Assembly (NCBI RefSeq): GCF_053078305.1
Contig: NZ_CP166879.1
DNA length: 64,000 nt
Direction: 5' to 3' (one strand)
The translations under genes and the position numbers were made by a program. Every line of letters starts with the position of its first letter. The first letter of the stretch is position 1. The notes beneath the pieces are model-generated. The model ran no database searches, had not been told where the DNA came from, and saw only the letters and a program-made list of their open reading frames with translations. Below are positions 32,458 to 41,744 of the stretch, piece after piece.

Positions 32458-34515
32458 TTATGCCGCAGGGGTATTAACCTCAAGGACAACGCTCTCAAAA
32501 GACACGCCATAAGTTGCCCCTTTGGTGACATCTGTCAGTGTCAGCGTATCTTTGGCAGGGGAAAGTGCATCTTTCACCATCTGGAATGCCTGGCCCGGAG
32601 TGCCATCCAGCACAGGCGTTACCTGGGCACTTCCCGCAGTAAACTTCAGGACAAGTGTATGCCACTGGTTATTGTAGGCTCCAAATGATCCCAGTTTCGT
32701 ATTCCCCCCTGTTTTATGGTGCATCAGATTTAACTGGCCGCCTGTTGTCTGGAGATAATACGCCATCAGGAACGGTGTGCCTGTACCACTCATGGTTACA
32801 CCTTCCGGGACCGTATCGGTGTGGAGGTAAATACCCAGAGCAAACTGGCCTTCTTTTACTTCACCTGACAGACGGAATTTACAGGTCAACTGACCACCAT
32901 GCTTCAGAAGTTCACCGGCTGCATCAGTTCCATGGGTAAGCGTCCAGGTTTTTCCGCTTTGTTTGGATACGGTCAACGCTTTACCTTCGTCCGTCAGCTG
33001 GATTGTACCATCTGTAATTTTCCATCCCTGAGCCGGGGCTTCCCCTGCTGATGCTTTAAGTGAAAGCAGCGTACGGAGTGACGGGGATGTCGGCTGGGGG
33101 GACTCACTGCTTCCTGGCTGACTACCTGTCGGAGCTTCCGGTTTTCCACCCGGCGCGGGCTGAGGCAGGGCTTCACCATCAGGGGCCACACCGGCAATAA
33201 ATGCAGAGGTCAGACCTGCATATTTAAGAATTGCTGATGCAAAACGATCTGAGACCAGAAAACGGCGCGCCCAGGAGCTAAAATGGGTTGCCCTGGATGC
33301 TGTTGTCCAGTTGCCATCTCCCCGTGATTCCGCACCATAATACCCGGCAGAAGCGATATCCGGGTCGTGCTCCGGCAGGTTGGTCGCGGTTTTATTACCG
33401 AACTCATCGTGCATCAGTGGAACAAAGTGAATGTTCTCGGAAGCCCGGTTTTTATATCCGCTATAAATGGTTTCATATGCCGCCGGGTTCTTCTCTTTCC
33501 AGTCATAGGTTGTGTCACCACATAACCACGGCACACTGTCTGATGAACCACCAATACACTGACCGGAGAAAGCACCAAGATCCGCACGGAATTTTTTCAC
33601 CATCGCAGTAAACTGGGCACCATGCTGGGCCGGGGTCGCTTTAAGGTCTCCTTCCCCCTGAATCCATACGACAGATAACAGCACATTCTTTGGATTCGCC
33701 TCAAGTGCCGCTTTCGTTCGACTGACAAGATCCTGATACAGTGGGGTATCCACTCCCCAGCGTAGTGACGCCTCGGCTGCACCACTTGCCGGATCGAATG
33801 AGCCAACTGCGCCGGTTGTAAAAGCAGAGCCGCCACGGGCACAGGGAACCAGTAAAATCCCGGCATCAGCAGGAATCACCGGTAATACTTTTTTCGCAAT
33901 ATGAAGTCCCTGACCCACACAACCATACTGCCCTTTTTTCAGGTCTGCTTTTGGATGGTTCAGCAGACTCATATTCTGAACATCATGAAGGCAGTGATCT
34001 GCTGGAATGATTTCATTGTATTTGCAGGGAATACCCCCGGGGGTTTGTGTATTCCTGCGTGCCAGCTGCATAATACGTGGATCAGGACGATCATAAGAAT
34101 CCGGCAGGGGCAACCCTTCACCATAAGATGAAGCATTGGACTGACCGGCTATAACAATCACGTAATACCAGGAAGGGGAGCTGGAAGCCGTTTCATTTCC
34201 TGCCGGACGGGTATGTGTGTCAGCATTATCCCAGTCTGACGGTTCAGCAGTACCGGCAACATCAGCACTTAACGGAATGACAGCACCAATACCCGCTCCG
34301 GTAATTTCCACGTTCGGATCACCGGATACTGGCCTTACCCACAGGCAATCCCGTGTATTAAAACTGATGAGACAGTCAGCAAATGTCATTCCTCCTTTCG
34401 TTTCAGCCGGAGGAAAGGGAGCCTCAAGAAATGCCGCTGTACCACCGGAAACTTTAACGGTAAAGTTTCCGGGCATTGATGATAGTTGAACCCATTTGGA
34501 CGTCATAATATTCAT
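32458..34515 (-). CDS. SGNH/SASA-family carbohydrate esterase, NanS-p-like (putative sialate O-acetylesterase) with C-terminal lectin-like domain
   Basis: 685-aa ORF; VIVIAGQSNASSYGEG (GQSN block I), CARGGSAF, IQGEGD, DGNW...H blocks; Pro/Ser linker then beta-rich C-terminus. Confidence 0.55.
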   Translation of the reverse strand: MNIMTSKWVQLSSMPGNFTVKVSGGTAAFLEAPFPPAETKGGMTFADCLISFNTRDCLWVRPVSGDPNVEITGAGIGAVIPLSADVAGTAEPSDWDNADTHTRPAGNETASSSPSWYYVIVIAGQSNASSYGEGLPLPDSYDRPDPRIMQLARRNTQTPGGIPCKYNEIIPADHCLHDVQNMSLLNHPKADLKKGQYGCVGQGLHIAKKVLPVIPADAGILLVPCARGGSAFTTGAVGSFDPASGAAEASLRWGVDTPLYQDLVSRTKAALEANPKNVLLSVVWIQGEGDLKATPAQHGAQFTAMVKKFRADLGAFSGQCIGGSSDSVPWLCGDTTYDWKEKNPAAYETIYSGYKNRASENIHFVPLMHDEFGNKTATNLPEHDPDIASAGYYGAESRGDGNWTTASRATHFSSWARRFLVSDRFASAILKYAGLTSAFIAGVAPDGEALPQPAPGGKPEAPTGSQPGSSESPQPTSPSLRTLLSLKASAGEAPAQGWKITDGTIQLTDEGKALTVSKQSGKTWTLTHGTDAAGELLKHGGQLTCKFRLSGEVKEGQFALGIYLHTDTVPEGVTMSGTGTPFLMAYYLQTTGGQLNLMHHKTGGNTKLGSFGAYNNQWHTLVLKFTAGSAQVTPVLDGTPGQAFQMVKDALSPAKDTLTLTDVTKGATYGVSFESVVLEVNTPAA

Positions 34516-34605
34516 CCTGTTCCTGAATAAACAGAATTATCATATCCACAGACCGATAAACGCCATTTTGCGTTAATTCAGTAAAGGCCCAACAAAGGGA
34601 GCGTC

Positions 34606-34910
34606 TTATTTTTCCGAAATGCTCGCAGGATAATAACGATAAAGGGTTGAAAGGCCGATATCAAAAATAAGTGCCACCTGTCTTCGGCTGACACCCCCGG
34701 CCAGTAAACGCCCGACCTGCTCGTATTGTTCCTGCGTGAGACGACGGGGTCTGCCGCCGGTTCGTCCCCTTTCACGGGCAGCTGCAAGACCAGCCCGTGT
34801 CCGTTCGACAATCAATTCACGCTCCATTTCTGCCAGCGCACCCATTATGTGAAAAAAGAAGCGCCCCATGGGGGTTGACGTATCAATGTTGTCAGTAAGA
34901 CTACGAAAAT
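34606..34910 (-). pseudogene. gin: gin/pin-family DNA invertase, C-terminal fragment (HTH domain)
   Basis: Encodes FRSLTDNIDTSTPMGRFFFHIMGALAEMERELIVERT...GGRPRRLT...; matches Gin from about residue 90 onward. Confidence 0.8.
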
Positions 34911-34996
34911 GTAAGCGTAAACTGACCGCCGTATGTAGCCATTAAGCCAGTATTGGTAACGTAGGTGCCCACCTTTTCAACTAGTGGACACCTGTT

Positions 34997-35422
34997 ATGG
35001 AACAGAAAATATTATCCTCAGAACCCCGCAGATCATTTTCAAATGAGTTTAAACTTCAAATGGTTAAACTGGCTTCACAACCAGGAGCCTCTGTTGCCCG
35101 TATTGCCCGGGAACACGATATCAATGATAACCTCCTGTTCAAATGGCTCAGGCTCTGGCAGAACGAAGGGCGTATATCGCGGCGTCTTCCGGTAACAACC
35201 TCTTCTGGCGCTGGCGTTGAATTATTACCTGTTGAGATAACGCCTGATGAGCAGAAAGAGCCTGTGGCGGCTCTTACTCCGCTTTTATCCACTCCTTCAC
35301 AAAGCACAGTCAGTGCCAGTTCCTGTAAAGTTGAGTTCCGCCACGGTAACATGACGCTGGAAAATCCTTCACCAGAGCTGCTCACGGTGTTGATCCGTGA
35401 ACTGACCGGGAGGGGACGATGA
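34997..35422 (+). CDS. tnpA: IS66 family accessory protein TnpA (orf1)
   Basis: 141-aa ORF with HTH-like N-terminus. Confidence 0.85.
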   Translation: MEQKILSSEPRRSFSNEFKLQMVKLASQPGASVARIAREHDINDNLLFKWLRLWQNEGRISRRLPVTTSSGAGVELLPVEITPDEQKEPVAALTPLLSTPSQSTVSASSCKVEFRHGNMTLENPSPELLTVLIRELTGRGR

Positions 35423-35769
35423 TCTCGCTCCCATCAGGCACTCGAATCTGGCTGGTTGCCGGCGTTACTGATATGCGTAAATCCTTCAACGGTCTGGGAG
35501 AACAGGTACAACATGTGCTGGATGAGAACCCCTTCTCCGGTCACCTGTTTATCTTTCGCGGCCGACGGGGTGACACGATTAAAATTCTGTGGGCTGATGC
35601 TGATGGTCTGTGCCTGTTCACCAAACGTCTGGAGGAAGGCCAGTTTATCTGGCCTGCGGTGCGTGACGGTAAGGTATCCATTACCCGCTCGCAGCTGGCA
35701 ATGCTCCTCGATAAACTGGACTGGCGTCAGCCCAAAACATCCCGCCTTAATGCACTGACAATGTTGTAA
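35419..35769 (+). CDS. tnpB: IS66 family protein TnpB (orf2)
   Basis: 116-aa ORF MISLPSGTRIWLVAGVTDMRKSFNGL...; 4-bp overlap with orf1. Confidence 0.9.
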   Translation: MISLPSGTRIWLVAGVTDMRKSFNGLGEQVQHVLDENPFSGHLFIFRGRRGDTIKILWADADGLCLFTKRLEEGQFIWPAVRDGKVSITRSQLAMLLDKLDWRQPKTSRLNALTML

Positions 35770-35799
35770 AAATGTCATGGCCGGATTATAAAAACGGTC

Positions 35800-37413
35800 A
35801 TGAGTCGGAAATACCTCATTCGTATCACTGAGCTGGAAAGGCTGCTCTCTGAGCAGGCTGAAGCCCTCCGTCAGAAAGATCAGCAACTGAGTCTGGTTGA
35901 AGAGACGGAGGCCTTCCTGCGCTCTGCACTGGCACGTGCCGAGGAAAAGATCGAAGAGGAGGAGCGGGAAATAGAACATCTGAGGGCCCAGATAGAAAAA
36001 CTGCGCCGGATGTTGTTCGGTACCCGTTCTGAAAAACTGCAGCGTGAGGTTGAACAGGCTGAGGCCCAACTGAAACAACGCGAACAGGAAAGCGATCGTT
36101 ACAGTGGGCGTGAGGATGACCCGCAGGTTCCCCGCCAGTTGCGACAGTCACGTCATCGTCGTCCGTTACCGGCACATCTTCCCCGTGAAATACACCGTCT
36201 GGAGCCTGAAGAAAGTTGTTGCCCGGAGTGTGGCAGTGAGCTGGATTATCTGGGGGAAGTCAGTGCTGAGCAGCTGGAACTGGTGAGTAGCGCCCTGAAA
36301 GTGATCCGCACTGTTCGGGTAAAAAAAGCCTGTACAAAATGTGACTGTATAGTTGAAGCGCCAGCGCCGTCCCGCCCGATAGAGCGCGGCATCGCGGGCT
36401 CCGGATTACTTGCCCGCGTGTTAACGGGAAAATACTGCGAACACCTGCCACTGTATCGTCAGAGTGAAATCTTTGCCCGCCAGGGCATCGAACTGAGCCG
36501 GGCATTACTCTCCAACTGGGTTGACGCATGTTGTCAGTTAATGACTCTGCTGAATGATACCCTGTACCGTTACGTGATGAACACCCGCAAGGTTCACACT
36601 GACGACACACCAGTAAAAGTGCTGGCAGCGGGCAGAAAAAAGGCAAAAACAGGACGCATCTGGACGTATGTCCGGGATGACCGGAATGCGGGCTCATCAG
36701 AGCCACCGGCGGTCTGGTTCGCCTACTCACCAGACAGGCAGGGAAAACATCCGGTACAACACCTTCGTCCCTTCCGGGGTATCCTGCAGGCGGATGCGTT
36801 CAGCGGTTACGATCGGCTGTTCAGTGCAGAACGTGAAGGTGGTGCACTGACAGAAGTTGCGTGCTGGGCCCATGCCCGGCGAAAAATCCACGATGTATAC
36901 ATCAGCAGCAAAAGTGCGACGGCAGAAGAAGCCCTGAAGCGAATCAGTGAACTGTACGCCATCGAGGATGAAATACGGGGATTACCGGAGTCAGAGCGTC
37001 TTGCCGTCAGGCAGCAGCGAAGCAAAGTGTTACTGACGTCACTGCATGAATGGATGGTGGAGAAGAATGGTACGCTGTCGAAAAAATCCAGACTGGGCGA
37101 AGCGTTCAGCTATGTACTGAATCAGTGGGATGCCCTCTGTTATTACAGTGATGACGGTCTGGCGGAGGCGGATAATAATGCTGCGGAAAGAGCGCTTCGT
37201 GCAGTCTGTCTCGGAAAGAAAAACTTTATGTTCTTTGGCAGCGATCACGGCGGCGAGCGTGGAGCACTGTTGTACGGGCTGATCGGCACCTGCCGTCTGA
37301 ACGGTATCGATCCGGAAGCGTATCTGCGCCATATCCTGAGCGTACTGCCAGAATGGCCTTCCAACCGAGTTGATGAACTCCTGCCATGGAACGTAGTACT
37401 CACCAATAAATAA
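35800..37413 (+). CDS. tnpC: IS66 family transposase TnpC (orf3)
   Basis: 537-aa ORF with leucine-zipper N-terminus, CxxC zinc motifs and DDE-type core. Confidence 0.9.
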   Translation: MSRKYLIRITELERLLSEQAEALRQKDQQLSLVEETEAFLRSALARAEEKIEEEEREIEHLRAQIEKLRRMLFGTRSEKLQREVEQAEAQLKQREQESDRYSGREDDPQVPRQLRQSRHRRPLPAHLPREIHRLEPEESCCPECGSELDYLGEVSAEQLELVSSALKVIRTVRVKKACTKCDCIVEAPAPSRPIERGIAGSGLLARVLTGKYCEHLPLYRQSEIFARQGIELSRALLSNWVDACCQLMTLLNDTLYRYVMNTRKVHTDDTPVKVLAAGRKKAKTGRIWTYVRDDRNAGSSEPPAVWFAYSPDRQGKHPVQHLRPFRGILQADAFSGYDRLFSAEREGGALTEVACWAHARRKIHDVYISSKSATAEEALKRISELYAIEDEIRGLPESERLAVRQQRSKVLLTSLHEWMVEKNGTLSKKSRLGEAFSYVLNQWDALCYYSDDGLAEADNNAAERALRAVCLGKKNFMFFGSDHGGERGALLYGLIGTCRLNGIDPEAYLRHILSVLPEWPSNRVDELLPWNVVLTNK

Positions 37414-37443
37414 GCGTCAATACGGTGCTCCGTTGACGCTTAC

Positions 37444-37705
37444 GAAAATTTATCCCCTGTTGCTGTAATTCATCTGTCAGCGCAACAAGGTGGCGCATAC
37501 TGCGCCCCAGCCTGTCCAGTTTCCAGACCATCAGCGTGTCACCGGGTTTTAGTTTCTTCAGTGCCCGCTTCAGTCCCGGCCGCTGCGTTGTTTTTCCGCT
37601 CATTTTATCTTCAAAAATCAGCTCACATCCTGCACATTCCAGCGCATTTCTTTGTAAACCTGTGTTCTGGTCATTTGTTGATACGCGTATATAGCCAATC
37701 AGCAT
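37444..37705 (-). pseudogene. gin: gin/pin-family DNA invertase, N-terminal fragment (catalytic Ser domain)
   Basis: MLIGYIRVSTNDQNTGLQRNALECAGCE...GDTLMVWKLDRLGRSMRHL...GINFR then IS-derived tail; ORF-track 37400..37705. Confidence 0.85.
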
Positions 37706-37759
37706 GTATTTACCTTCCTTAAAAAGAGGTGAAAATGCCTTTTAAAGCAGATATACGAC

Positions 37760-37785
37760 ATACCTGAAACCTCGGTTTACGGGAA
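37760..37785 (-). promoter_or_regulatory. gix-like recombination site (invertase crossover site), gin-proximal
   Basis: Minus-strand TTCCCGTAAACCGAGGTTTCAGGTAT vs recalled Mu gix TTCCTGTAAACCGAGGTTTTGGATAA (21/26). Confidence 0.6.
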
Positions 37786-38154
37786 ACGGTAAACAGGGCT
37801 GCAAATGCCCTGCCATCGAATGGTACAGCCGTAGCGGCAAACAAGCTGTCTGCGGCACGTAAAATTAACGGTGTTGCGTTCGATGGCACAAAGGACATCA
37901 CTATTACATCCGGGATGACCCAGTCTACAGCAGACGGCAGATATGTTCGTAATGTGCAACTTGGTGCTCAGAGCCGCCACTCTCCTGCGGGTAATGAAGT
38001 CACCTGGGATTATAAAACGCCAGCAGGTTGTATGCTTTCTGGTATTCATGTGCAGGATACCGGCTCCCGGTCTGCGGATAATATCGGTGGGGTCTATTAT
38101 CGCCCGGTTCAGATTTATATTAATAATGCCTGGAGAACGGTAAGTTCAGTGTAA
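37768..38154 (+). other. silent alternative tail-fibre C-terminal cassette (Sv'-like), no own start codon
   Basis: Frame open from 37768: NLGLRETVNRAANALPSNGTAVAANKLSAARKINGVAFDGTKDITITSGMTQSTADGRYV..., paralogous to C-terminus of the 38790..39677 fibre. Confidence 0.6.
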
Positions 38155-38188
38155 ACCACAGAAAAGGGTGCTGAATGCACCCTCTGAA

Positions 38189-38710
38189 TTATTCCGGTTT
38201 TTCCGGCCAGGAAATCGCCAGGTAATGTCTCTCGCTGGCAATATCATTAAGGTGCATTTCTTTAAGCTGTCGGATATACGCCATCCAGCGCGTCAGCTTT
38301 AATTTATTTTCATCGCTAATCATGTCCAGTTTTAGTTCTGTTTTCCAGTCATCCACGGTTCCGTTGGCCTCCTGGAGCAGCGATGAACGGCGATTTTCAG
38401 CAACCGTATTCCAGTTTACCGGCACCTTTGATATCAGGCCATCAGAAAACTGCCAGTTACCGTCAATATTCACACCTTCCGGCAGTTGGTCCACTTCAAC
38501 AACAGTAAAACCCGCCGGATATAAAGCAGAGACATCTTCAGCAACAGAGCAGATAATACCCGTTACAGGCGAAATACAGAGTTTGTATTTCTTTGTGAAA
38601 AGCGGGATAGATTCATAAAAATCCCTTCCGTCCTCACTCTGGAAATACTGAACATTCTCACCATAGGGTTTGTGTTCTGGGTAATATCGTTTTACGTTAA
38701 TAAGCTCCAT
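38189..38710 (-). CDS. tail fibre assembly protein (Tfa/U-like), 173 aa from MELINVK
   Basis: ORF-track frame 38189..38821; AAGGTGA RBS before ATG at 38710. Confidence 0.75.
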   Translation of the reverse strand: MELINVKRYYPEHKPYGENVQYFQSEDGRDFYESIPLFTKKYKLCISPVTGIICSVAEDVSALYPAGFTVVEVDQLPEGVNIDGNWQFSDGLISKVPVNWNTVAENRRSSLLQEANGTVDDWKTELKLDMISDENKLKLTRWMAYIRQLKEMHLNDIASERHYLAISWPEKPE

Positions 38711-38789
38711 TATTTCACCTTGTTTTTGTTGAAAAGACAAAATCATCATATATTTATTCAGATAATCTGTTTTTTGAACTACTGCACTT

Positions 38790-39677
38790 TTATGCGCTGG
38801 AAGCTGTTTTCCACGAACCATTTATCAGAAACTGAACAGGTCGATAATATGCGGTTACCGTCGCATTACCATCACCAGCGACATCAAGCCCTGTAAGTAC
38901 GCATCCGTCAGGAACTTCAAAAATATTATATTGCATTCCAATCGTTGACCTTGAACCTCTTCGAATGCTTTGAACATAACGTGAGTCAGCCACAGACTGC
39001 GTCATCCCCGATGTAATATTTATATCCTTCGTTCCGTCGAAAGGAACCCCATTAATATTTACTGGGGTGGCGAGTTTATTCGCTGCCACGGCGGTTCCAC
39101 CCGATGGCAGGGCATCAGCAGCCTTATTTACCGTTTCCCGTAAACCGACGTTATCGATAAAGGTTCCTTTGTCCGGGATATCCGCGCCATTCTGGTCCCT
39201 GCGCAGATAACGCGCATCGCCTTCTCCCTTACTGTAAACATCAAGATTCAGACGAGCCGTCGGTTTATCCGGTACATCGTCAAAATTCCGGGATTTCTCC
39301 AGTGCTCCCACATCAGCAGCAGCCAGGCTGTCTTTTCCTGATAATCCTCCCAGCCCCAGATGACGGCGGGCAGCAGCCTGTGCTTCTGCACCTGCATCCG
39401 CAATCTCCTTAAGGTTGTTTTTCCGGCTGTATGCGTTTGCTGCAATGATTGCCTTAATGGCTGTCACCAGCTGGTTCAGTTTTGCCTTATCCGGCTGAAC
39501 CTTTCCTTCTGTCAGAATGGCAAGCAGCTCTGCCTGCACGATGTTCAGCCAGTCCTGACCGATATAGCTGATCCCTTTGCGTCCGTCACCTTCAGTAAAC
39601 CATTTAACCTGCGTACCCTGAGAGGGGGCCAGTGGTGGCATATCGGTCACACCTGAATTGTTGTCGACAAAATACAT
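38790..39677 (-). CDS. tail fibre protein (S-like; constant N-terminal part plus currently expressed variable C-terminus)
   Basis: 295-aa ORF; C-terminal third is paralogous to the plus-strand cassette; gix-like site inside at the constant/variable junction. Confidence 0.8.
   Translation of the reverse strand: MYFVDNNSGVTDMPPLAPSQGTQVKWFTEGDGRKGISYIGQDWLNIVQAELLAILTEGKVQPDKAKLNQLVTAIKAIIAANAYSRKNNLKEIADAGAEAQAAARRHLGLGGLSGKDSLAAADVGALEKSRNFDDVPDKPTARLNLDVYSKGEGDARYLRRDQNGADIPDKGTFIDNVGLRETVNKAADALPSGGTAVAANKLATPVNINGVPFDGTKDINITSGMTQSVADSRYVQSIRRGSRSTIGMQYNIFEVPDGCVLTGLDVAGDGNATVTAYYRPVQFLINGSWKTASSA
39135..39160 (+). promoter_or_regulatory. gix-like recombination site inside tail-fibre gene
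   Basis: TTCCCGTAAACCGACGTTATCGATAA; inverted relative to site at 37760-37785. Confidence 0.6.
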
Positions 39678-40234
39678 TACTCCGTCTCCTCATGACTGTT
39701 TTCGTACAGATATAAAAACGTCTGCCAGGCTGGCTTATAACGGTTTAAAATGCACTCCAGCGCACTTGCATCATAAATTCGCAGTGGTGTAAGAATATCG
39801 TCCAGTACATTCATGTGACGGTATCCCACCGCCGTCTTCACTGTCACAATACTGATCCATTGTGATTCCGGTGATGGCTGGATATCTATTTCATAACCAA
39901 ACTCTGCCGCAAACCGGATATAAAATTCACGGTTAAGAGAGGGTTTCATCCGGTATTTATTCCCGGCATAACGCTGACGCTCCTGAATGGTTGCGCCGGT
40001 CATATCACATTCCGGTAACCCCAGATAACGCTCCCAGTCTTCCAGTAGCAGACGGGATGAATCAGGAAAACGTTCTGCCAGCATCTGGTTACCGGTCCAG
40101 GAAACACGCTCCGTGGAATGACTGAGACCCAGGCACAAAGCTGCAAGAACGGATGACGGCCGCTTATCCCATGCCAGCCCGTCAGGCAGCAACTGCAACA
40201 GGGCGCGCTGATGCGGGGTCAGGGTTACAGCCAT
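39677..40234 (-). CDS. Mu gp48-like tail protein (DUF2313/YmfQ-like)
   Basis: 185-aa ORF; position between baseplate J and tail fibre. Confidence 0.7.
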   Translation of the reverse strand: MAVTLTPHQRALLQLLPDGLAWDKRPSSVLAALCLGLSHSTERVSWTGNQMLAERFPDSSRLLLEDWERYLGLPECDMTGATIQERQRYAGNKYRMKPSLNREFYIRFAAEFGYEIDIQPSPESQWISIVTVKTAVGYRHMNVLDDILTPLRIYDASALECILNRYKPAWQTFLYLYENSHEETE

Positions 40235-41310
40235 GTGATTTCCCCCACGGTCAGCAACTCTGTATCTCCGGCCATTACGGACTTCAGCGGACTGCGAACT
40301 TCAAAATCCTCCAGTCCTTTCACCCCTGCAACAGCCCGCCAGAATGATGAAGGCAATACAAGTCCACCCGGCCGCGATTCGTTATAAAGCAGGTCCGTTA
40401 ATGCCTGTTTTACGGCAGCCTGATTTTCCGGCGTTTTGGGTACAATCCTGATCTCAAACGCCACCGGCTTATTGGTCAGCTTAAACACGCTGATTGTCGG
40501 CCCAAGTGGCTGACCAACGGGCTGGCCCGTCGCCGGATCATCATGACTGCGGATATAATCCGCCACCCGCTTCACATCACCTTCTCCGGGGAAAATGTCA
40601 GGGTTATTATCCTGAACAAAAGTCACACCAACACTACCCGCCTCTGGCCATTCAGGCTTACACCATGCCCGCGTCACGCCCGGTACTTCCCGTGCCCAAC
40701 GTTCAAAATCATACTGTGTTCCCCCTGATGGCGGGTTCTGTACCCGGAATACCAGCCTGGACAGCAACTCCGGCACCGTTTCCACATCCGCACCACCGGT
40801 GAGTCCCGTGCCGGTAACCGTGGCTGTCTGGTTGATGCCCGCCTGTGGCGTGATAAAGGACAGGCGGGTTCCGGTCGGGGTATTTCCGGCGCGCCCCGCA
40901 CTTTCCGCCTCCACATTAACATTCAGTGTTCCGGCTTTTCCGGTCGCAGAGCCGGTGATGCGGTACACAACACCATCGCTTCGCTGAAGGAGTACGCCTT
41001 CCGTGATCCCTGCATCCGTGGTCAGCATCAGTTGTACCGGTCCGTCAGCGCGGGAAGCCGGTTTACGGATGACACCCCAGAATGCGCAGTGTTTCAGGAG
41101 TTCGGCTTCATCAGCTTCTGTCGGAATTATCTGCCGGGAGATCCAGGCCAGATGTTCATGCTCCTGTGCTGACAGACCCGCCAGTGCATACGCAATGGCA
41201 TTCAGGGTGGTTTCATTCACGCCCGGCTGCGAACCGGGCAGGCGCTGGCTGATATCCTGTTGTGTCTGTGTGATCAGTTGCGCCAGTGGTAAGGGCTGAT
41301 AAGGCATCAT
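40225..41310 (-). CDS. baseplate J-like protein (Mu gp47-like)
   Basis: 361-aa ORF; synteny. Confidence 0.8.
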   Translation of the reverse strand: MMPYQPLPLAQLITQTQQDISQRLPGSQPGVNETTLNAIAYALAGLSAQEHEHLAWISRQIIPTEADEAELLKHCAFWGVIRKPASRADGPVQLMLTTDAGITEGVLLQRSDGVVYRITGSATGKAGTLNVNVEAESAGRAGNTPTGTRLSFITPQAGINQTATVTGTGLTGGADVETVPELLSRLVFRVQNPPSGGTQYDFERWAREVPGVTRAWCKPEWPEAGSVGVTFVQDNNPDIFPGEGDVKRVADYIRSHDDPATGQPVGQPLGPTISVFKLTNKPVAFEIRIVPKTPENQAAVKQALTDLLYNESRPGGLVLPSSFWRAVAGVKGLEDFEVRSPLKSVMAGDTELLTVGEITWL

Positions 41311-41744
41311 TCCCCCTTCATATCAGCATAAAAAATCATCGGATGTCTGCTTCCGTCCGGCAGGGTGATTTTCACGGAAAGCGAAAGGCGATCATGCCCC
41401 ACACGCATGGCATGACATACCACGGATGTGGCAGCACCGCTTTTATGCAGCCACGCCAGCGCTTCATCAGCATAGGCCTGTGCACGGCTGACCACGGAGG
41501 ACAGCGTCTTTTCACGGCTTAACAGCCAGAGACGGGAGCCAACGGGGCGCTCCCGGAAACTGTCTCCCCACCATCCCCGACGGTCACGGGTGCCGTCAGG
41601 GATTTCATCGGAATCCAGCGCCCGCCTGTCCGTAAACAGTGAAATAATGACCGCAGTCAGCAGGCTGTTATCCGTCAGAAGATCTGCGCCGTTCAGTTGC
41701 AGGGAACCACAACCCTGATCCCAGACGACAGCAATATCAGCCAT
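41307..41744 (-). CDS. Mu gp46-like baseplate protein (145 aa from MADIAVVWDQ)
   Basis: ORF-track frame 41307..41957; start chosen to give 8-bp overlap with upstream gene. Confidence 0.6.
   Translation of the reverse strand: MADIAVVWDQGCGSLQLNGADLLTDNSLLTAVIISLFTDRRALDSDEIPDGTRDRRGWWGDSFRERPVGSRLWLLSREKTLSSVVSRAQAYADEALAWLHKSGAATSVVCHAMRVGHDRLSLSVKITLPDGSRHPMIFYADMKGE

Larger units (their letters stand above)
34911..37443 (+). mobile_element. IS66-family insertion sequence (three-ORF type) inserted in gin
   Basis: Ends GTAAGCGTAAACTGACC... / ...GGTGCTCCGTTGACGCTTAC (imperfect IRs); flanking direct repeat GAAAAT at 34905-34910 and 37444-37449. Confidence 0.85.
37760..39160. other. G-segment-like invertible tail-fibre cassette (~1.4 kb)
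   Basis: Bounded by inverted gix-like sites; contains two alternative tail-fibre C-terminal coding segments in opposite orientation and one tfa gene. Confidence 0.6.
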
